DNA of 63,936 bases, filler included, from Lenisia limosa (lineage: Eukaryota > Protista > Breviatea), in NCBI GenBank assembly GCA_001655205.1. It is 13 parts of 13 records of this genome, joined end to end, with 100 filler letters (N's around TTAATTAATTAA, not from the genome) between each part and the next. Parts side by side here need not be neighbours in the genome. Positions count along the whole stretch, not along the records: positions 50,708 to 62,799 come from LPNZ01011645.1; positions 62,900 to 63,936 come from LPNZ01003156.1; 11 more parts are not named here. The stretch is one strand, 5' to 3'. The notes under the pieces are model-generated. The model saw only the letters and a list, made by a program, of their open reading frames with translations, ran no database searches and was not told the DNA's origin. Positions 56,527 to 63,936 of the stretch are shown piece after piece; the first letter of the stretch is position 1, and each line of letters opens with the position of its first letter. The position numbers and the translations under genes were made by a program.

Positions 56527-59500
56527 ATTTCGCACTCGCCTTCTGGCCAGAATTAGAGCAATATAAAAACAGATTGAAGAAGGGATCAGCATAGCGGGGA
56601 GAACGCTCATGCTGAGGATGTTAAGAATATACAGAGTGTTACTGAACGCGAAGACCAACCTAAGTGAGTAGTTTTGGGTTTCGTCCATGAGACCACCAAC
56701 AATAACAGGGGCTAATTTGTGAATGATAATTTGAGAGAGAAATGCACCTGGACCCCAACTAAAAGCATCTGGTTACCCCAACTGCTTTGGGTATACTTGG
56801 TTACCCCAACCGAAATTATTATAAAGCCTTTTTAAAAATAGCAGCTTATATGTTCTCAAAACTCTTCCTACTTGTAAAAAAATAAAATACTTATTAAAAG
56901 TCCACTCTTTGTGAAGGAGTCGGTGCAGCAATAAGCCCCAACATAAGTCAGTAATTGATCTGCAGGATCTTGTTCTTTTTGAAAAAATCTTCTTCCTTGT
57001 GTTCAGGTTGTATTTTTGGCATCTGGTTACCCCAACACAGATAGGGAAATGCACTTGGACACATCCTGATCCCTATGTTACTGCAGGGTGTAAAAATGGC
57101 CATTTTTCCATGTTGGGGACCAGATACAACCTTTTTTGACATCGGGTTACCCCAACTGTGTTGGAGTAACCATAGTAGTTGGGGTAACCAAGTGCTAATC
57201 CCGGTGTGTTTGGGGTAACCAGATACACTTTCAAACAGGGACATCTCCTGAGTCCTAAGTTACTTAGGGTGTGAAAAAGGCTAATTTTCAATGTTGGGGT
57301 AACAAGGTGCTCATCCCAATTTGAGAGTTATTTAAAAATATAAAATTATCAATATCAAGAAGCAGCACAAATAGATACAAGATCATTTGAAAATAGAAAA
57401 CAAATAAAGCTAAGAACAGTCGCAATGCATCATGACACCACTGGAGGGGGGGCTATGTAACAGGCAGTGGTAGCTCACCCACAAATATATTTTATGATGG
57501 CCAACATGGTGTTTTCACATGGAAAACACTTTTTTTAGGAACAATTTAGCGATCATTGAAGTAACAATTTTTCATTTTAGAGTGGGGAAAACACCATATT
57601 GGCCATCATAATATATTTGTGGGTGAGGAGCAACCATCTTTTGTGGGTGAGCAACATAATAATTTTTTGTGGGTGAGCAACCACTGCTACAAATAGTACC
57701 AGACATACCTGGTACATCACCAACAAGATGAATAATGAAGATACCCAATGCCATGGCCTGTGTACGAAGTTGAGCTGGTACAGATCTGAATTGAAGTCAA
57801 ATATGGTCTAATGGAGTGTTTGTGACCAAAGATTCTCTTTCCATTCAACAGAAGACTTATTTGCACATTCCTACGTGAGTTGCGCCGAGTTGACTGGGCC
57901 TGTTACGGCAAAAAGGAGTACTTCAGTGATACTCAGCAAAATAAAAAACTCTGTCACATCACGCGCCAAAAGGAACGCTGCAAACTGGAGAGGTAAATAA
58001 AGATCAAATATGTCTAGATTTGTACAGGCTAGTAAATCAGTGATAAAAATGATCCTCAAGAGTTTTAAAATAGATGCCAGACATTTGTCAACACCCTGAT
58101 CTGATATTGTGTTTTATGGTTTATCAGCCTGTAAACACGCTATTCATTATTGCGTGCAATTTTGAATGGTTGAATACAAAATTAAATTTGAAACATACTA
58201 AACAACTTAGAGATATTTGAGTTCCCTACTAACCCCAAAGGGAATACTAGCCATTGTGAAATACAAGGACGTCTTGATTTGAAGAACTGTGGACTGGGGG
58301 GGCTCCAAGCACTTGGTACGTTTGCCTGGGGAAGTAAAGAAACATAGCCCAAAAGCAACAAAAAGCCCCCTCCCCTACTTCGCCAATCTAAAAGGACCCC
58401 TCCAATTGCGGTCCCGACCAGCCCGCAGAAGACGGTGACTGCTCCCTATTGGTGAAACAGATAAATAAAAATCATGCAGTATTTCAACATCAGTCCCAAC
58501 AGCAGCTTACAATGCTCATTGCAGCGTATCCTTGATCCACACCAAGCCCATGCGAGATGTAATAAGGACACCAGAATGCAAAACCACCTAGAGGTCATTA
58601 CTTGACATCATGTACCCTAGGGGTATTCATTTTTATCATTTCCCCCTTGGATTTTCATCCTTCTTCATCCTGTTTTTTTTTTCTCTTTTTATTTTTGAAT
58701 CAGTGCATCTCCAGGTTCATCCCTCTGGGTCTTCCCACCCCCTCCCCATGTGGCATATTTAGGGACCGGACCGCTCGAAATTTTGAACGGTCCAGACCGG
58801 TCCGGACCGAACCGGACCGTTCAAAAACAAAGGAGTTTTAAATAGTTGTAGTGTATCAAGTATTTTTACATTNNNNNNNNNNTAACAAAAAAAACACTCC
58901 TCTCTCTCTTGTAAGTGCTGGCAACAACACCATAGGCCAGTGAATGCAGATTTTCATTTTTTCCTTTTCCTCCTTGAGCATTTTCAAGGTGACTGAAAAG
59001 TTTTCAGAGAGGACAAAATTATTTTCTTCCTTTTTTTTTACATGTATACAATTTTTACAATTGGAAAACCAGGCCTGGGAATCCAAAATACAGTGTCTGG
59101 GTTAATTGTGTTCAATTATATGTTTCATTTGGCTGAATAGGATAAACAACAGTTTACACTATTGATAACACCTCTTGGTACTCTTTTTTACCCACTTTGT
59201 TTCCGGACCGGACCGGACCGGACCGGACCGCTCATTTAAATATCTCAAAAAGACCGGACCGGACCGGATCGTTCGATTGACCGGTCCGATCCGGACCGGT
59301 ACCGGACCGTAGGGAACCACTAGGCATAATACAGGTGGACCAAACCACAGATCTCTCTCCAGATGGGATTGAATGGATTTATTTGAAATTCCCCTGTGAG
59401 GGTATATCATATATTTTCGTTTAAAAAAAGCGCTACATTATCACAACATGCAATATACATAAAATATAGCTATATATATCATATACCATAATATAGTTTG

Positions 59501-61755
59501 CTTTCTAATCTCATACCGATTGCGAAAGTGTAGAGGCCATACGCAAGAATCGTTGGCAAGTAGACATTGTTGAATACGACTGCTTTTACCTCAGCAAAAA
59601 GAGAGAGTGGTTCCTAAATATTAGCAAAAAGGACAAACTAGAAGGATTAAAAAGACTTTTCACGTTCAGATTGAAAAACAAAACTACCATGGGGGGGGGG
59701 GGGGNNNNNNNNNNTATTTTAGTTTTCCGAAATCAAGGTTCAAGACGGACACTATGTGAGTGGCGTGATTTTGTAGTGTATCAAGTATTTTTACATTGTT
59801 TCGTTTTGTAATATTTGAATTGGCCCTGAGAAACATTTTGGAAGAGTTTACCAAAATATTCTTCTCATCCATACATCAAACTAAACAAAAAAAACACTCC
59901 TCTCTCTCTAGTAAGCGCTGGCTGGCAACAACACCATAGGCCAGTAAATGCAGACTTTCATTTTTCCTTTTCCTCCTTGANNNNNNNNNNNNNNNNNNNN
60001 NNNNNNNNNNNNNNNNNNNNNNNNNNNNNNNNNNNNNNNNNNNNNNNNNNNNNNNNNNNNNNNNNNNNNNNNNNNNNNNNNNNNNNNNNNNNNNNNNNNN
60101 NNNNNNNNNNNNNNNNNNNNNNNNNNNNNAAACCAGGCCTGGGAATCCAAAAAATATAGTGTCTGGGTTAATTGTGTTCAATTATATATTCCATTTGGCT
60201 GAATGGGATAAAAACAACAGTTTAAACTTCTTGGTACTCTTTTTTTCTTGATTTTTTTCATTTTTCTTTACCCACTTTTGTTTATTTTTTGAGCGGTCCG
60301 GACCGGTCTGGACCGAACCGGACGGACCGCTCATTTAAATATCTCAAAAAGACCGGACCAGACCGGACCGTAGAGAACCACTAGCTATATGATATACTAT
60401 ATAGCTATTATATAGTATACTGTACTGTGTGTATGTCGCGCCGTTCATGGATACGTGTTTGCTAGATGTCTTTTTTTTTTNNNNNNNNNNTTTCTTCATC
60501 TGAAGCATTGGATGATTCTACAATATTAAAGACTCATGAGCTCTCACGATCAATCGTCCGGACCAACGGGGTGGAAACACTTGGAATAGTCTCCACAGAG
60601 CATTTCTAGGAAGTAACAATATGAAAGAATGGCGAACCTTCGCTCGTTTGTACGGGATGATAAAGCATAAACCAGCAGGAATCATCATCAAAAATCCTTC
60701 CAAAATGAAAGGGACTCTCCAAGAATATCCTTCTTGCAGCAAATAGCCAGCTGTAAGGTACCCAAATGCTGCACCAACTAAACGATAAAAAAAAGCTCCT
60801 TTCAAAAAAAAGTACAAATTCAATTGTGAATAAATAAGAATAACTGTTTCCAATGAGCAACCAACCAGGGAGAGCAATGAAGAACGCCGCCAGCCAAGAG
60901 GCCTTACGCGACTGTGGAGCAGAATCATCAATAATTGTTGGCGCCAAACCAGCAAAACTGTAAAGTGAACATATAAAGGGGATACATCAATCATAAAATA
61001 ATATGTTTCCCGCTTGACTTGCTCCTTTTTCTTTCCTTACACTACCAACCCGAACCCACCTTGCTTCACCAATACCGATGAACACTCGCGACAATACCAG
61101 CTGCCAGTATAGGGGGACCGTTCCTGTATGCATAAATAAATGTAATCCGAACAATATTTACATTTTTGGGAAAACCTCACATCCAACCCTCATTGGCACT
61201 GGATAGCGGGAGGCCATAACAATCTTACCGCCCGCATACCTCCAGCAAAAGCGGAGACAACCCAAACTGACAATCCAAATCCCATAATCTTCACTGGAGA
61301 AAACCTGATGTGTTAAAAAACTGATGAAACGTTTCCCGCTTACTTGTGAATTAGATGGGCGAAAATGGGGCTTGATCCCATGTAGCCAACCATGAATAGG
61401 CCTGGAGTATAAGCTGTATTTGGAAATACGAACGAAAATTATTAGTCCAGCCTTGAACCTACTTCCAAGAAGACCAGCAGTGAAACCAGTAACTTCGAAT
61501 TCTTCTTTAACACTTTCTAGAACCGCACTAACAGATGAAAACTGCAACTGGTAGGGCGGAAACGGGCGTATTCCTGAACCAACCTAATAACACCACGGTC
61601 AAAGTAATTGATAAGATTACAGATTGTTAAGAACCTAGATGGTGAAAAAGAGGAACCCAGAAAAAAAGACCTTACACTACAAGTCTTCCAGGAGAAAAAA
61701 CACGCTCCAAGAAGGAGCTATCCATCATATTGTTTATTGCTTCTCTACCTTCCAT
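56527..61755 (-). CDS. Spinster-like MFS transporter
   Basis: ICNLINYFDRGVIS, FAGLAPTIIDDSAP...WLAAFFIALP, GAAFGY...WRVPFILEG, AYGLYTFAIG|GFAFWCPYY, GAVTVFCGLVGTAIGG and SVPAQLRTQAMALGIFIIHLVGDVP|APVIVG. Start and terminal exon are uncertain. Confidence 0.9.
56744..57310. mobile_element. Foldback-like non-autonomous element with GTTACCCCAAC subterminal repeats
   Basis: Multiple GGTTACCCCAAC copies on the left and inverted GTTGGGGTAAC copies on the right; ends GCACCT...CCCCAAC / GTTGGGGTAACAAGGTGC. No TSD recognised. Confidence 0.6.
57464..57687. mobile_element. Palindromic MITE-like element
   Basis: GCAGTGGTAGCTCACCCACAAA / TTTGTGGGTGAGCAACCACTGC termini plus a ~45-bp internal inverted repeat; no TSD found. 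Confidence 0.65.
58760..59322. mobile_element. 563-bp non-autonomous hAT-type element with GGACC/GGTCC subterminal arrays
   Basis: Right end GGACCGTAGGGAACCACTA; TSD GGCATATT (58752-58759) / GGCATAAT (59323-59330). Confidence 0.8.
59771..60383. mobile_element. Second copy of the GGACC-array element, left end missing
   Basis: Shares internal sequence with ~58848-59320 and ends GGACCGTAGAGAACCACTA; lies in the adjacent intron. Confidence 0.8.
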
Positions 61756-62799
61756 TGCATCTTGTTCCATTTTTTTTTTCCCCTGTGTGCCCAGTGTTTT
61801 TTGTTTTTAGTTGAAACCCGGTGAACCCGAAAAAATGTCAGTCACTCGGTGCATTGTTAACACCTTGTTTCCCCCTCTGAGCCGTCCAGGTCAGCTTACC
61901 AAGGTCTTACTATCTTACTACAATACTACTACTTATGTCTTAAGTTGGTTGTAAGAGCCGTGCAAGATTCGTCCAAGTCCAATCCAGATCTCACTACCTA
62001 CTTTTTTTATATTCATCCCATTTGTGCCAAACCGCCCAAACACACATAACATTGGCCTAACATAAAAGATGCATCTTCTAAAGTATCTAATCGCATATCT
62101 CATCCACAATAAAAACAACACAACACAAAAACACAACGTATACAAGCAAAAACACACACACACACAAAGCCAAGAAAATCAAGAAAGTATAATAAAAAGG
62201 ACATTACAAAATAAACACTCGAAAGCTAATTATCCATGAATGACATTTGGATGTTCTTCATAATTGGTGGCGCGTAAATCATCAGATAGTGGAGCAAGTC
62301 GAACGCCAAGTTGGTTTGGAGAATGAACGAAGGAGTTTTGGCGGCTTGTAGGCCTCCGGGGTGTTGGTGACCCGAATCGTTCCTCTTTTCGATGAGCAAG
62401 GAGGGACAGAAGGTTCGGAGCCTGTAGTGTAAAAGGATAGAAAAATGTAGCAAATAAAATTATACCATTTGATGTCTAATAATCGACTACATACATACTA
62501 TATATAATATATCATATAGATCCTATCATATCTAATATAAAACAAAACCAAGTTTACCACTGTTGAAGATGACATGCCACCTGTGCTTTTTACTCGTGTG
62601 ATTCCAGAGTTTCCGGTAATCCAATATCTGCAAAAGTTATAGTGACTAAATGACAAAAAATATTGAAAATTGTTTGTTTATAAAAAAACTAATATCATAT
62701 GCATTATATTTACTATATGCATATAGTATATCATATTAGATATATATATATATATATATAGTAGATATGATATAGTATATGAAGACATCATGTATTATT

Positions 62800-62899
62800 N
62801 NNNNNNNNNNNNNNNNNNNNNNNNNNNNNNNNNNNNNNNNNNNTTAATTAATTAANNNNNNNNNNNNNNNNNNNNNNNNNNNNNNNNNNNNNNNNNNNN
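62800..62899. other. Artificial contig spacer
   Basis: N44-TTAATTAATTAA-N44. Confidence 0.97.
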
Positions 62900-63755
62900 C
62901 GGGAACCAGCAACCCAACATGCAAAGGTAGGCATACGATATTCCCATGTAGAGGTAGGCGTATAAACATGTAGACTTTGCCAAACGTCTACACCCTTTGA
63001 GCCTCGTCAGCCTAGATATTTCAAATCTGCTCTCCTTTCATAACAATAGCTTTCCTACACTCCAAATAAGACTGGTGCAATATCGATATGTATCAAGAAC
63101 TTTAGTCTTTTTTTTTGGGACCGTAAGGAAGCCCTACTCTTAATAATACGATATATGCCGCGTTGACTACCATAAACCTAAGATAATGTTTGGTTTGTTG
63201 TTTATTTTGTTTCTATTTTAACTTCCCAAGCTTGTCGCTCCAGTTGCTCTTCCGGTTACTATCTACGTGGAACGTGTGGAGGAACCAGCAACTACTATTG
63301 CACATGTATGTCGTGGTCTTTCACCACCATTGCTCTTATTGATGAGGAAACGTAATAGTAGTGTGGAATCCTAAGAAAAGCCAAAGCAATTCGATAGGAA
63401 ATATGCAGTTTTATAATATACTACTAAAAATCATAGTGCTCATGTAATTACATACATATTCCCTACGCACATGTATACATATCACATATGTCTTGAGGTT
63501 TTCTTCAATTCGCGCATCGACTTAGGAGTCCCCCTCCCCCCACAGGCAGTATACTATATCCGCTGACAATAGTATTAAATCCCCCTTATGGATTCACTTC
63601 GGTAAAAAGACTGAAATTTTCGATAAATCCTCGAAAACTATCGATGAAGTGAAGCCTTAATCCCCCTGCCTTAATTTGTGCAGCCTGCAGTTCCTGCTCC
63701 AGCGGTTATTATCGCACGGGCTCCTGTGGAGGCTTCAGCAACTACAGTTGCAATC
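62900..63755 (+). CDS. Cys-rich repeat (TNFR-like) extracellular protein, internal fragment
   Basis: Phase-1 exons: ...GTSNPTCK|, 63231-63305 ACRSSCSSGYYLRGTCGGTSNYYCT and 63684-63755 CSSCSSGYYRTGSCGGFSNYSCN. Confidence 0.8.
63587..63659. mobile_element. hAT-type MITE, internally deleted
   Basis: Perfect TSD ATCCCCCT on both sides. A right-half copy lies at ~63075-63136. Confidence 0.85.
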
Positions 63756-63936
63756 GTGGGTTGTGGTAGCTTCAATTATATCTAGAGATTACGTGACCAA
63801 AAAAAGACCGAATCCATCGATAATTTATCGACTAAATAAATACGTTTGTAAATGTGTTTTTTAAGTTAAAAAATGTGAGGAAAGTGTGAGGGTCAGTTTT
63901 AGTTGTAATATTGGGAGGGGGGGGGGGTAATTAGAG

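Noticed and set aside
62690-62799. AT-rich TATA/TAGCTA/CATATG stretches repeated in many introns as a specific element
   Set aside because: They are low-complexity, with no alignable boundaries or TSDs.

Overview
This is eukaryotic, very intron-rich genomic DNA read with the standard code. It is probably from a flagellated protist (inferred from an ASH/CFAP65-like gene); the taxon cannot be named from sequence alone. The window is not one locus: 12 artificial 100-nt spacers (N44-TTAATTAATTAA-N44) join 13 separate contigs, and many other N gaps lie beside poly-G/poly-C runs. Genes recognised by manual splicing: RNA polymerase I second subunit (RPA2, 5' part), an NSUN7/NSUN5-like protein lacking both catalytic cysteines, a GloC/YcbL-type metallo-beta-lactamase-fold hydrolase, a FYVE protein, an S28 serine peptidase, UDP-GlcNAc pyrophosphorylase, UPF1 (5' end) head-to-head with threonyl-tRNA synthetase, MRT4, a spinster-like MFS transporter, an ASH-repeat protein, a polycystin-like membrane fragment and two Cys-rich surface proteins. 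Introns carry several small mobile-element families: about 20 copies of a 70-100 bp hAT-type MITE with clear 8-bp TSDs, a related 563-bp element with GGACC subterminal arrays, a TA-flanked Tc1/mariner-type MITE, foldback elements, and an unclassified ~120-nt hairpin/U-rich/C-tail element whose end coincides with splice sites. Donor sites are unusual (GT-[T/G]-G-G dominant, +5G nearly invariant), and some introns have complementary G-run and C-run ends. All exon structures are manual predictions without transcript data.
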